DNA from: Rathayibacter sp. VKM Ac-2760
GTDB lineage: Bacteria; Actinomycetota; Actinomycetes; Actinomycetales; Microbacteriaceae
Length of the DNA stretch: 64,000 bases
Reading direction: 5' to 3'
Assembly (NCBI RefSeq): GCF_009834185.1
Contig: NZ_CP047173.1
Span: forward strand, 1,391,725 to 1,455,724
Shown: in pieces, positions 47,228 to 57,079 of the stretch
How the letters are laid out: each line of letters begins with the position of its first letter
Numbering within the stretch: position 1 is the stretch's first letter
Notes under the pieces: model-generated
Database searches by the model: none
What the model saw: the letters and a program-made list of their open reading frames with translations, nothing else
Told to the model about the DNA's origin: nothing
Program-made: the position numbers and the translations under genes

Positions 47228-48007
47228 TCAGGCGTGCTCGGCGAGGAAGGCGAGCACCGCGTCCTTGAACGCGCGTGCCGGAACCGTGCTGGTGTGGTCG
47301 CGGCCCGGGACGCTGACGAAGCGCGCCCCCGCCTCCTCCGCCAGCCGCGCCCCGCCGGGTGCGATGGGGTCGGCGCCGCCGGTCACCATCAGGGTCGGCA
47401 GTGCCGGGTGCACCCCGAGCTCCGGATGCGCCCCGCCGCGGACGCCGTCCGCCACCGCCACCAGCGCGGCGAGGTCGTTGCCGGCCACGCCCTCCGCCAT
47501 GCCGATGAACGCGCGGGTGAAGCCGTCGTCGATCTCGCCGCCGTCTGCCACCCGCGCCCGCGCCGCCGCCGCGTCGAAGTGCCGGAGCGGCTCGCCCACG
47601 GTGAGCCCGCCGAGGCTGAGGGTCGCCAGCAGCTCCGGGCGCTCGAGTCCGAGCACCCAGCCCATCCGCGCGCCGAGCGAGTAGCCCAGGTAGTGCGGAG
47701 CGATCAGGTCGTAGGTCTCGATCACCCGGACGATGTCGGCCACCATCGGATCGACCCCGTAGGCGCCGGCCCGGTGCGGCTTCTCGCTGGCCCCGTGCCC
47801 GCGCTGGTCGAGCGCCACCACGCGGTAGCCCGCGCGGCTCAGCGTCCGCAGCCAGCCCGCCGTCTCCCAGTTCAGCACCGCGTTCGACGCGAAGCCGTGC
47901 ACCGCCAGCACGGTCGGAGCCCCCTCGTCGCCGACCGCGTAGGTCGCGATCCGCGTCCCGTCGTCGGCGACCACGGACACGGGCGGGGGGAAGGCGATCG
48001 GCGTCAC
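47228..48007 (-). CDS. alpha/beta hydrolase
   Basis: HGFASN oxyanion region and a GYSLGA nucleophile elbow. GTG start. Confidence 0.8.
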   Translation of the reverse strand: MTPIAFPPPVSVVADDGTRIATYAVGDEGAPTVLAVHGFASNAVLNWETAGWLRTLSRAGYRVVALDQRGHGASEKPHRAGAYGVDPMVADIVRVIETYDLIAPHYLGYSLGARMGWVLGLERPELLATLSLGGLTVGEPLRHFDAAAARARVADGGEIDDGFTRAFIGMAEGVAGNDLAALVAVADGVRGGAHPELGVHPALPTLMVTGGADPIAPGGARLAEEAGARFVSVPGRDHTSTVPARAFKDAVLAFLAEHA

Positions 48008-48175
48008 CCGACAACCCTGCCACCCCGCGGGCGCGGGCTCGGCAGGCCCTCCGCGACGGCCGGACTGCACGGCCCGTCGCGCCATCGGACGGCCGGAAGG
48101 CCGACATCGCACGCCGACACCCGACGAGGGCCGCCGAGAGCCTCCTGAGCGAGGGCATCTGCGTTTGGTTCTCGG

Positions 48176-48406
48176 ATGGGAGATCCAGAACGCTCGAGTG
48201 ACCGGCACGACCGGAGGTCGCTGTACGGGGCGCACACACCGTGGGGCTTCCTCGCGATCCTGTTCGTCGGGTTGTCCGTCGGAAGCGCCGTCGCCGGTGC
48301 CGTCGGCGTGACCCTCTCGCTCGACGTCGTACCGATCGCCCTCTCCGTCGCGATCACCTGCCTGATCAGCCGCCTGGTGCTCTTCCTCCGACACCGCCGC
48401 CGGTGA
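48176..48406 (+). CDS. hypothetical small membrane protein
   Basis: 76 aa with two hydrophobic segments. Plausible codon bias. Confidence 0.35.
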   Translation: MGDPERSSDRHDRRSLYGAHTPWGFLAILFVGLSVGSAVAGAVGVTLSLDVVPIALSVAITCLISRLVLFLRHRRR

Positions 48407-48455
48407 GCGTGACGGCCGACGGACGCTGCGGTCGCTGAAGAAGGGCGCGGCGCGG

Positions 48456-48886
48456 TCAGCGCGCCGCTCGCGAGGAGCGCACGAACGGCACCGCGAGGAC
48501 GAGCCGCACGCTGTGCCCCCGCCCCGAGCGGATCCCGAGCACGACGGAGAGCACGAGGTTCAGCACGAAGAGGCCGAGGATCGCCGCGATCGTGAGGGTG
48601 GGCCAGCCGCCGCCGTAGGCGTCGCGCGCCGAGACCAGCGCGAGGTGCAGCGGGACGAGCATCAGCTGGAGCGCCAGGTAGGTGAGCTGCCAGTTCACGG
48701 CGACGACGCCGTTGCGGTCGCTCAGGGTGCCGGTGCGGCGGCGCGCGCCCCACGCCATCACGGTCGCCGTCAGAGAGATCAGCGGCGAGAGGATGACGAA
48801 GCCGGCGATCGCCGAGAGCCCCGCGAACCAGATCGCCCGGGCGCCGCGGCCGTCGCGGCGGCGGCGCAGCGTGTCGTCGTCGTCCA
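48456..48886 (-). CDS. hypothetical membrane protein
   Basis: 143 aa starting MDDDDTL, with 3-4 TM segments. Confidence 0.5.
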
Positions 48887-49077
48887 TCCGCCACCGCTCC
48901 CTCGCGATCCCGCCGGCGATCCGCCGGCACTCCAGTCTCCCACCCGCCCCCGGCGAGGGGCGGGGACGTCCCCCGCCGCCCCGGGGGTTACCCGGATGGG
49001 ATGCCGCGCGGCCGCTCCGTAGCGTGGAGGAGTCGCCGGGCGCCCCCGGCATCCCACCCGCAGAAGGAGCACCGACC

Positions 49078-49584
49078 ATGTCGAACACCGAGTCCACCCC
49101 CTCCAGTGCCACCACCGCCGTCCCCACCACCGCGACCGCCGCCGACGCGAAGCCCACCGAGGTCTACGGCGCCACCGCCGTCCTGACCGACCCGGCCCCG
49201 GTGCAGGAGCAGGAGCGGGAGCGAGCGCAGCGCGAGCAGCAGCCCGCCGCACAGCCCGCCGCCCAGCACCCCGCGCCCTACGGTGTCCCGCCCGTCGCCC
49301 CCGCCGCCGCCACCCCCGCGCCGTCCACCCCGTTCTCGCTGACCAGCCTCATCCTCGGCGTCACCTCGGTCTTCTTCGGCCTCACCGTGATCGCCCCCGT
49401 CGCCGGCCTGATCTTCGGCATCCTCGGCCTCCGCCGCGAGCCGACCGGGCGCACCCTCGCGATCTGGGGCATCGTCCTGAACGCCGTGATGATCGGCCTC
49501 GTCGTCCTCTTCGTCGTCGCGCTGCTCTTCCTCGGTCTTCTGGTGCCGTTCGTCGCGCTCGCGACCGGCACCGACGTCAACTGA
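49078..49584 (+). CDS. DUF4190-like membrane protein
   Basis: GAAGGAG RBS, a Pro/Ala/Gln-rich N-terminus, then two TM segments (GILGLRREP motif). Confidence 0.7.
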   Translation: MSNTESTPSSATTAVPTTATAADAKPTEVYGATAVLTDPAPVQEQERERAQREQQPAAQPAAQHPAPYGVPPVAPAAATPAPSTPFSLTSLILGVTSVFFGLTVIAPVAGLIFGILGLRREPTGRTLAIWGIVLNAVMIGLVVLFVVALLFLGLLVPFVALATGTDVN

Positions 49585-49606
49585 CCGGCGTCACCTCCGC
49601 CGCCCC

Positions 49607-50347
49607 TCAGGCCAGGAACGCCCGGAGCAGCGCGGCCGACGCCCGCACGTGCTCGCCGGCCAGCCGCGCCGCCTCGTCCGCCCGCCCCGACAGGACGGCG
49701 ATCACGAGCGCCCGGTGCTGCTCGTCCGCGTGCGCGATGTTGCGCGGCAGCAGCGGGATGTCGTCGAGCAGGGCGTTCAGCCGCATCCGGTTCTCGGCGA
49801 CGAGCGGCAGCAGCGACGGCACGCCGGCCAGCTCGGCGAGCACCAGGTGCAGCCGGGAATCCCGGCGGCGGTAGTCCTCCTGGCTCGCGTCCTCCACCGC
49901 CCCGAGCGCGTCGAACAGCTGCTCCCGGTCGGCCGCACTCAACTCGGCCGCCGCGGCCAGGCGCACCGCGCCCACCTCGAGGATCTCGCGGAGCCCCACC
50001 ACGTCGTCGATCTCGGCCCGGTCGAAGCCGCGCCGCCCGGTCGGCACCGCCGGCAGCTCGACCGCGACGAAGGTGCCGCCGTAGCGGCCGCGTCGCACCT
50101 CGAGGTACCCGGCGTCCACCAGCGACGCGATCGCCTCGCGCAGCGTGTCGCGCCCCACGGCGAGCCGCCGGGCCAGCTCGCGCTCGGCCGGCAGCCGCTC
50201 GCCGGGCGCCACCAGCCCGAGCCGCACCGTCTGCATCAGCCGCTGCACCGTCTCCTCGAAGGCGTTGCCCGAGCGCACGGGCCGCAGGACCGCCTCGCCG
50301 GCGCTCACCGCCGGCCCGGCCGCGGGCCCGGAGTCCGCGCCGGTCAC
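49607..50347 (-). CDS. GntR-family transcriptional regulator (FadR/FCD subfamily)
   Basis: N-terminal wHTH (LPAERELARRLAVGRDTLREAI) plus a C-terminal FCD domain. Confidence 0.85.
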   Translation of the reverse strand: MTGADSGPAAGPAVSAGEAVLRPVRSGNAFEETVQRLMQTVRLGLVAPGERLPAERELARRLAVGRDTLREAIASLVDAGYLEVRRGRYGGTFVAVELPAVPTGRRGFDRAEIDDVVGLREILEVGAVRLAAAAELSAADREQLFDALGAVEDASQEDYRRRDSRLHLVLAELAGVPSLLPLVAENRMRLNALLDDIPLLPRNIAHADEQHRALVIAVLSGRADEAARLAGEHVRASAALLRAFLA

Positions 50348-51148
50348 TCCGGCGTGACGTAGGCGGAGGAGATGCCGCCGTCGACGAGGAAGGTCGAGCC
50401 GGTGATGAACGAGGCGTCGTCGCTCGCGAGGAAGGCCACCGCGGCGGCCAGCTCCTCCGGCTCGGCGAACCGCCCGATCGGGATGTGCACGAGCCGGCGC
50501 TGCGCCCGCACCGGGTCCGCCGCGAACAGCTCCTGCAGCAGCGCCGTGTTGACCGGCCCGGGGCAGAGCGCGTTCACCCGGATGCCCTGGCGGGCGTACT
50601 GCACGCCGAGCTCGCGGCTCATCGCGAGCACGCCGCCCTTCGAGGCGGTGTAGCTGATCTGCGAGGTCGCCGAGCCGAGCACGGCCACGAACGACGCGGT
50701 GTTGATGATCGAGCCGCGGCCCTGCCGGGTCATGTGCCGCAGCGCCGCCCGGCAGCAGAGGTAGACCGACTTCAGATTCACGTCCTGCACCCGCTCCCAG
50801 GCCGGCAGCTCGGTCGTCTCGATCGAGTCGTCGTCCGGAGGCGAGATGCCCGCGTTGTTGAAGGCGATGTCGACCGAGCCGTAGGCGTCGACCGCGGCCT
50901 GGAAGAGCGCGTCGACCTCGGCCTCGCTCGTGACGTCGACCCGCACGAACATCCCGCCGAGCAGCTCCGCCGCCTCGGTGCCGCGCGCGACGTCGACGTC
51001 GGCGATGACCACGCGCGCTCCCTCGCGGGCGAAGCGCACCGCGGTGGCGAGACCGATGCCGCTGGCGCCGCCGGTGATGACGGCGACCCGGCCGGCGAGG
51101 CGCTGCGTCAGATCCAGCGGAGTGGTGTCGAGGGGAGGGAGCGCCATG
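50344..51148 (-). CDS. SDR-family oxidoreductase
   Basis: TGGASGIG motif, NNAG motif and a catalytic YxxxK (YTASK). Confidence 0.85.
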
Positions 51149-51215
51149 GATCGGCCTTTCACGGAGGAGGAGCGGGGGAGGAGCGGGAGGAGCGGAGGGG
51201 GAGTCGTGGGCCGGC

Positions 51216-52594
51216 TCAGTCGGCCGCGAAGAAGACGTTCTTGGTCTCGGTGAAGCCGAGGGCCGCGTCCGGTCCGAGCTCGCGCCCGAGCCCGGACTGC
51301 TTGAAGCCGCCGAACGGCGTCGCGTAGCGGACCGACGAGTGCGAGTTGACCGAGAGGTTGCCGGCCTCGACCGCGCGGGACATCCGCAGTGCGCGGCCGA
51401 GATCGCGGGTCCAGATCGAGCCGGAGAGCCCGTAGTCGGTGTCGTTGGCGAGCCGGATCGCGTCCGCCTCGTCCTCGAACGGCAGCACGGAGACGACCGG
51501 GCCGAAGACCTCCTCGCGCCAGACGGCGTCGCCGGTAGCGGGCAGCAGGACGGTCGGCGGGAACCAGAAGCCCGGGCCGGACGGAGCCGACCCGCGGAAC
51601 GCGACCGGCGCTCCCTCCGGCACGAAGCCGGCCACCCGCGCGTGATGCTCGGCCGACACCAGCGGACCCATCTCCGTCGCCTCCTCGCGCGGGTCGCCGA
51701 CGACGACGCCCTGCACGGCCGGCTCGAGCAGCTCGAGGAAGCGGTCGAGGACGCGCCTCTCGACCAGGATCCGGCTGCGCGCGCAGCAGTCCTGGCCCGC
51801 GTTCTCGAAGACGCCGGAGGGCGCGGTGCTCGCGGCGCGCTCGAGGTCGGAGTCGGCGAAGACGATGTTCGCGCTCTTGCCGCCGAGCTCGAGCGTCACC
51901 CGCTTCACCTGGTCGGCGCAGCCCGCCATCACCCGCTTGCCGACGCGCGTCGATCCGGTGAAGACGACCTTGCGGACCAGCGGATGCGTCACGAAGCGCT
52001 CGCCGACCACGTCGCCGCGCCCGGGCAGCACCTGGAAGAGGCCCTCGGGCAGGCCGGACGCGAGGGCCAGCTCGGCCAGGCGGAGACTCGTCAGCGGCGT
52101 CCACTCCGCGGGCTTCAGCACGACGGCGTTGCCCGCGGCGAGCGCCGGCGCGAAGCCCCAGGAGGCGATCGTCATCGGGAAGTTCCACGGCGTGATGATG
52201 CCGACCACGCCGAGCGGCTCGTGGACGGTGACGTCGAGCCCGCCGGCGACCGGGATCTGCGCGCCGAGCAGGCGCTCGGGGGCGGAGGAGGAGTACTCCA
52301 GCACGTCGCGGACGTGACCCGCCTCCCAGCGCGACTGGGTGATCGGGTGGCCGGAGTTGCGGGTCTCGAGCTGCGCCAGCTCCTCGATCGCGCCGTCGAC
52401 GGCGGCGGCGAAGCGGCGGAGGGCGCGGGCCCGGTCGACGGGGGCGAGCGCCGCCCAGCCGCGCGTGCGCCGCGGCGGCGCGGCTCGATCGCGGCGTCGA
52501 CGGCGGCGAGGTCGGCGAGGGCGATCTCGTCGAAGGCGGCGCCGGTCGCGGGGTCGACCAGGGTTTGCACGGCAGCGGGGGAGGGCGGGGTCAT
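51216..52594 (-). CDS. aldehyde dehydrogenase with an apparent internal frameshift near 52455-52475
   Basis: N-terminal 37 aa (MTPPSPAAVQTLVDPATGAAFDEIALADLAAVDAAIE) are in one frame. The rest (WAALAPVDRARALRRFAAAVDGAIEEL...ELGGKSANIV...catalytic C in GQDCCA) is in another. The shift region also has near-duplicated segments (52381-52411 and 52484-52516). Confidence 0.65.
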
Positions 52595-53403
52595 CGGGGT
52601 GCGTCCTTCGGGGTTCCGGAGCGGTCGTCGGCGTCGTGCGCGGCTCCCGCGCGGTGGGCGAGCGCCGCGGCGACGAGGCCGGTGAACAGTCGGGTGTCGG
52701 CGGTGTCCTCCTCCGGGTGCCACTGCACGCCGAGCGCGAAGCGGCGGCCCGGCAGCTCGAGCGCCTCGATGGTGCCGTCGGCGGTCCGGGCGGCGACCTC
52801 GAGGCCGTCGGCGACCCGGTCGACCGCCTGGTGGTGGTAGACCTGCGCGACGACGACGTCCTCGCCGAGCAGTCCGCGCAGGCGCGACTCCGGCTCGACG
52901 GCGACGTCGACGTGGGAGAACACGCCGCCGCCCGCCTGGTAGCGGCGGTCGCCGACGACGTCGGGCAGGTGCTGGTGCAGGGTGCCGCCGAGCGAGACGT
53001 TGAGCAGCTGCGCGCCGCGGCAGATGCCGAGGAACGGCAGATCGGCCTCGAGGGCGGCGGTCATCAGGTGGTCCTCCCAGGCGTCGCGCTCGGGGCGGGG
53101 CTCGTCCGTCTCCGGGTGCGGCTCCTGGCCGTAGCGGGCCGGGTCGATGTCCTTGCCGCCGCAGACGATCAGCCCGTCGAGCCGGGCGACGACCGCGCGG
53201 GCGGTCTCGGCCGAGGCCGGCTGGGGCGGCAGGAGCAGCGCCACGCCGCCGGCGCGGGTCACGGAGTCGAGGTAGTTCGCGGGCAGGAAGGACGCCTCGA
53301 CGTCCCACACGCCCGACACGGCGCGCTCGCGGTAGGTCGTCAGTCCGATGATCGGGCGCGGGGCGACGACGCCGCCGCCGGTCGACGCGTCAGAGCCGCT
53401 CAA
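52591..53403 (-). CDS. gamma-glutamyl hydrolase, class I glutamine amidotransferase-like (PuuD family)
   Basis: GICRGAQLLN catalytic Cys motif and an HHQ motif. ATGA overlap with the ALDH gene. Confidence 0.85.
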   Translation of the reverse strand: MSGSDASTGGGVVAPRPIIGLTTYRERAVSGVWDVEASFLPANYLDSVTRAGGVALLLPPQPASAETARAVVARLDGLIVCGGKDIDPARYGQEPHPETDEPRPERDAWEDHLMTAALEADLPFLGICRGAQLLNVSLGGTLHQHLPDVVGDRRYQAGGGVFSHVDVAVEPESRLRGLLGEDVVVAQVYHHQAVDRVADGLEVAARTADGTIEALELPGRRFALGVQWHPEEDTADTRLFTGLVAAALAHRAGAAHDADDRSGTPKDAPR

Positions 53404-54823
53404 AGCCGCGCACCCTCTCCCAGTCGGTCACCGCCGCGTCGTAGGCGGCCAGCTCCACGCGGGCGTTGTTCACGTAGTGCTCCACGACCTCGTCGCCGAA
53501 GGCGGCCCTGGCGAGCGCGGACGACTCGAACAGGTCGGCCGCCTCGCGGAGGGTGGCCGGGACCCGCGGCGCCCCCGAGCCGTAGGCGTTGCCGGTGCAG
53601 GCGTCCTCGAGCTCGAGCTCGTTCTCTATGCCGTGCAGACCGGCGGCGACGAGCGCCGCGACGGCCAGGTACTGGTTGACGTCGCCGCCCGGCACCCGGT
53701 TCTCGACCCGCAGCCCGGCGCCGTGTCCGACGACGCGCAGGGCGCAGGTGCGGTTGTCGAGACCCCAGGCGACCGCGGTCGGCGCGAAGGAGCCGTCGAC
53801 GTAGCGCTTGTAGGAGTTGATGTTCGGGGCGAAGAACAGCGTGAGCTCGCGCATCGCGGCCAGCTGGCCGGCCAGGTAGTGCCGGAAGAGCGGCGACATC
53901 CCGTGCTCGCCCGCCGCGTCGGCGAAGACGGGGGTGCCGTCCGTACCGCGGAGGGAGAGGTGGATGTGGCAGGAGTTGCCCTCGCGCTCGTTGAACTTGG
54001 CCATGAAGGTCAGGCTCTTGCCGTGCTTGTCGGCGATCTCCTTGGCGCCCGACTTGTAGATCGAGTGGTTGTCGCAGGTGACGAGGGCGGCGTCGTAGCG
54101 GAAGCCGATCTCCTGCTGGCCGAGGTTGCACTCGCCCTTGATGCCCTCGCAGTACAGGCCGGCGCCCTCCATCGACACCCGGATGTCCCGCATCAGCGGC
54201 TCCATCCGGGTCGAGGCGAGCAGGGCGTAGTCGATGTTGTAGTCGCTGGCGGGGGTCAGCTCGCGGTAGCCCTTCCGGAAGGCGTCGCGGTAGGAGTCGT
54301 CGAAGACGATGAACTCGAGCTCGGTCGCGACGAACGCCTCGAGCCCCCGGTCGGCGAGCCGGTCGAGCTGCGCGCGGAGGATCTGCCGGGGCGCCTCGCC
54401 CACCGGAGCGTCGTCGAGCCAGGTCAGATCGGCCGTCACCAGCGCGGTCCCCGGCAGCCACGGCGCGAGGCGCAGCGTCGACAGGTCCGGGATCATCTTC
54501 ATGTCGCCGTAGCCGCGCTCCCAGCTGGAGAGGGCGTAGCCGTCGACGGTGTTCATCTCGACGTCGACCGCGAGCAGGTAGTTGCAGCACTCGGCGCCGT
54601 GCTCGGCCACGTCGTCCTGGAACAGCCGTGCGGAGATGCGCTTGCCGACGAGCCGGCCCTGCATGTCGGTGAAGGCGACGATGACGGTGTCGATCTCGCC
54701 GGCCTCGATCAGGGTGTCGAGCCGGTCGAGGGTGAGCATGCCGCGGGGGAGCGTGCGGGCGGCGCGCGTCGTGTCGGCGCGCGGCTGGGCGGCGCGCGGC
54801 TGGTCGGCGCTGTCGGGTGCCAT
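53390..54823 (-). CDS. glutamine synthetase family protein (gamma-glutamyl-amine synthetase, PuuA/GlnA-like)
   Basis: GS catalytic-domain motifs (KFNEREGNSCHIHLSL, NRTCALRV). It overlaps the PuuD-like gene start by 14 nt. Confidence 0.9.
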   Translation of the reverse strand: MAPDSADQPRAAQPRADTTRAARTLPRGMLTLDRLDTLIEAGEIDTVIVAFTDMQGRLVGKRISARLFQDDVAEHGAECCNYLLAVDVEMNTVDGYALSSWERGYGDMKMIPDLSTLRLAPWLPGTALVTADLTWLDDAPVGEAPRQILRAQLDRLADRGLEAFVATELEFIVFDDSYRDAFRKGYRELTPASDYNIDYALLASTRMEPLMRDIRVSMEGAGLYCEGIKGECNLGQQEIGFRYDAALVTCDNHSIYKSGAKEIADKHGKSLTFMAKFNEREGNSCHIHLSLRGTDGTPVFADAAGEHGMSPLFRHYLAGQLAAMRELTLFFAPNINSYKRYVDGSFAPTAVAWGLDNRTCALRVVGHGAGLRVENRVPGGDVNQYLAVAALVAAGLHGIENELELEDACTGNAYGSGAPRVPATLREAADLFESSALARAAFGDEVVEHYVNNARVELAAYDAAVTDWERVRGFERL

Positions 54824-55061
54824 GGCGTGCCTCCGGAGATCGCTCCGCCGGGCGGGACGGACGCCGCATGGTCGGATTCGGGACCATTAGACCACAGCCC
54901 GTCTCGGTCGTGCTCCCGGTCGCCCGGTTGTCGCGCAGGGTCCATGGCGAGCCGTCGGCGCAGTGCCTCGATCGCGCCGTTCACACCCCTGTAACGCCAT
55001 TGGTCTTCCCCGCGTCCATTGAGGACCCTATGCTCTGAGCCACCCGAGCCGAGGAGACCCG

Positions 55062-56648
55062 ATGGCAGAGCAGACGAAGCAGACTCCGACGAGCAAGGGT
55101 GCGAGGCGCCCGGCGGCGTCCGGGCCCGACTCCGCGAACGTCACGAGCACCGCGGGGGTGACCTACCGCGAGGCCGAGGCCGGCTACTTCGAGAAGCGCA
55201 CCCTGCGCCGCTCCGCCGGCGTCTGGGGGCTCTGGGGTCTGGCCGTCGCCGCCGTCATCTCGGGTGACTTCTCGGGCTGGAACTTCGGGATCGAGTTCGC
55301 CGGCTTCGGCGGGATGCTGATCGCCTTCGCGGTCCTCGTGGTGATGTACTACGGCCTGATCTTCTCGATCGGCGAGATGTCGGCCGCGATGCCGCACACC
55401 GGCGGCGCCTACTCCTTCGCCCGCTCGGCGATGGGGCCGTGGGGCGGTCTGGTCACCGGACTGGCCGAGACCATCGAGTACGTGGCCACCACCGCCGTGG
55501 TCGTCTTCTTCTCGGCGCAGTACGCGAACGGGGTGACGAGCGAGCTGCTCGGCTTCGACCTCTCCGGCGCGATGTGGATCTGGTGGCTCGTCCTCTACAT
55601 CGTCTTCGTCGCGCTGAACTCCGCGGGCGCGGCGATCTCGTTCCGCTTCGCGATCGTCGTCTCGATCGTGTCCATCGCGATCCTGCTGGCCTTCTCCGTG
55701 ATGGCGCTGCTCTCGCCGGCGCTCGACTGGTCGAGCCTGTGGAACATCGCGCCGGACGCGGGCCAGTCCGAGTTCCTCCCGCACGGCGTCCTGCCGATCC
55801 TCTTCGCACTGCCGTTCGCCATGTGGTTCTTCCTCGGCATCGAGGAGCTGCCGCTCGCGGCCGAGGAGGCGCACGATCCGGTCCGCGACATCCCCCGCGC
55901 CGGCTTCTGGGCCCGCGGCACGCTGATCGTGACCGGACTGCTCGTCCTCTTCCTCAACACCGCGCTGATCGGCTCCGAGGACATGGGCGTCTCGACCGAG
56001 CCGCTGCTCGACGGCTTCCGCGCGATGGTCGGCGACGGGGCGGCGGCCGTGCTCGCGCTGTTCGCCCTGATCGGGCTGCTCGCCTCACTGCAGGGCATCA
56101 TGTTCGCCTACGGGCGCAACATGTACTCGCTCTCCCGGGCGGGCTACTACCCCCGCGTCTTCTCGCTCACCGGGAAGCGCCAGACGCCGTGGATCGCCCT
56201 GACCGTGGGCGCGGTCATCGGCTTCGTCGCCCTCGTCGTCGTCGACGTGCTCAGCCGGCTCGACCCGGACAACGCCGGCGCCGTCGCGGGAGCGATCGTG
56301 CTGAACATCGCGGTCTGGGGCGCGGTCGTCGCGTACTTCATGCAGATGGTCTCGTTCGTGCTGCTGCGCCGCCGGTTCCCGAGCGCGACCCGTCCGTACC
56401 GCAGCCCGTGGGGTGTGCCGGGTGCGGTGATCGCGGCGCTGATCAACGTGCTGATCTTCCTCGGCTTCCTCTTCAACGACGCGTTCCAGCCCGCGATCAT
56501 CGCCATCGCCGTGGTCTACGTGATCATCCTGATCGGCTTCGCGGTCTGGGGGCGGAAGCGCCTCGTGCTCTCGCCCGAGGAGCGCTACGCGCTGAGCGGC
56601 GGACTGCACGCGGCGCCGAGCATCCCGGAGCCGGATCGCGTCGACTGA
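55062..56648 (+). CDS. ethanolamine/amine permease (APC superfamily, Eat-like)
   Basis: N-terminal TLRRSAGVWGLWGLAVAAVISGDFSGWNFG, which I associate with ethanolamine permeases. 12 TM segments. Confidence 0.8.
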   Translation: MAEQTKQTPTSKGARRPAASGPDSANVTSTAGVTYREAEAGYFEKRTLRRSAGVWGLWGLAVAAVISGDFSGWNFGIEFAGFGGMLIAFAVLVVMYYGLIFSIGEMSAAMPHTGGAYSFARSAMGPWGGLVTGLAETIEYVATTAVVVFFSAQYANGVTSELLGFDLSGAMWIWWLVLYIVFVALNSAGAAISFRFAIVVSIVSIAILLAFSVMALLSPALDWSSLWNIAPDAGQSEFLPHGVLPILFALPFAMWFFLGIEELPLAAEEAHDPVRDIPRAGFWARGTLIVTGLLVLFLNTALIGSEDMGVSTEPLLDGFRAMVGDGAAAVLALFALIGLLASLQGIMFAYGRNMYSLSRAGYYPRVFSLTGKRQTPWIALTVGAVIGFVALVVVDVLSRLDPDNAGAVAGAIVLNIAVWGAVVAYFMQMVSFVLLRRRFPSATRPYRSPWGVPGAVIAALINVLIFLGFLFNDAFQPAIIAIAVVYVIILIGFAVWGRKRLVLSPEERYALSGGLHAAPSIPEPDRVD

Positions 56649-57079
56649 CGCGCGGCGTCCGGGGTCAGGAGGCGCCGCCGCGGCTGTCGTGGCCGGGGTC
56701 GAACGCGACGGGGGAGAGCCCGTCGCTCCGGATCGCGAGCGCGAGCGGGAGGGCGAGCGCGGTGAGCAGGACGGCGGTGAGGAGGGTGAGCAGGAGGAGC
56801 ATGAGGGGTCCGATCTCGAGGTGATGCTCCGAGAGTGGACCCGTCCACTTGTCCGCGGGGCTCGAGGAGCAGTCCACTTCGGCCGGTCCGGTCCATCCCC
56901 GTCCGGCCGCGCCAAGGTGGACTGCTCGGCTGGAGCCCCGGCGTAGGCTGGCCCCGCAGTCCGCGGACCCCCTGCACCCTTCGGGGCCGCACGACGACAG
57001 CGATGGAGCTGACGTGACCTCCGCCTCGACCACCCTCCCCGAGAGCATCGACCCGCCGAGCCGGCCGGAAGGACCCCCT

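Noticed and set aside
56665-56802. 46-aa hydrophobic minus-strand ORF (MLLLLTLLTAVLLTALALPLALAIR...) between the permease and aspA
   Set aside because: It is plausible as a tiny membrane peptide, but it is short, has no clear RBS and has no family support, so it is left unannotated.
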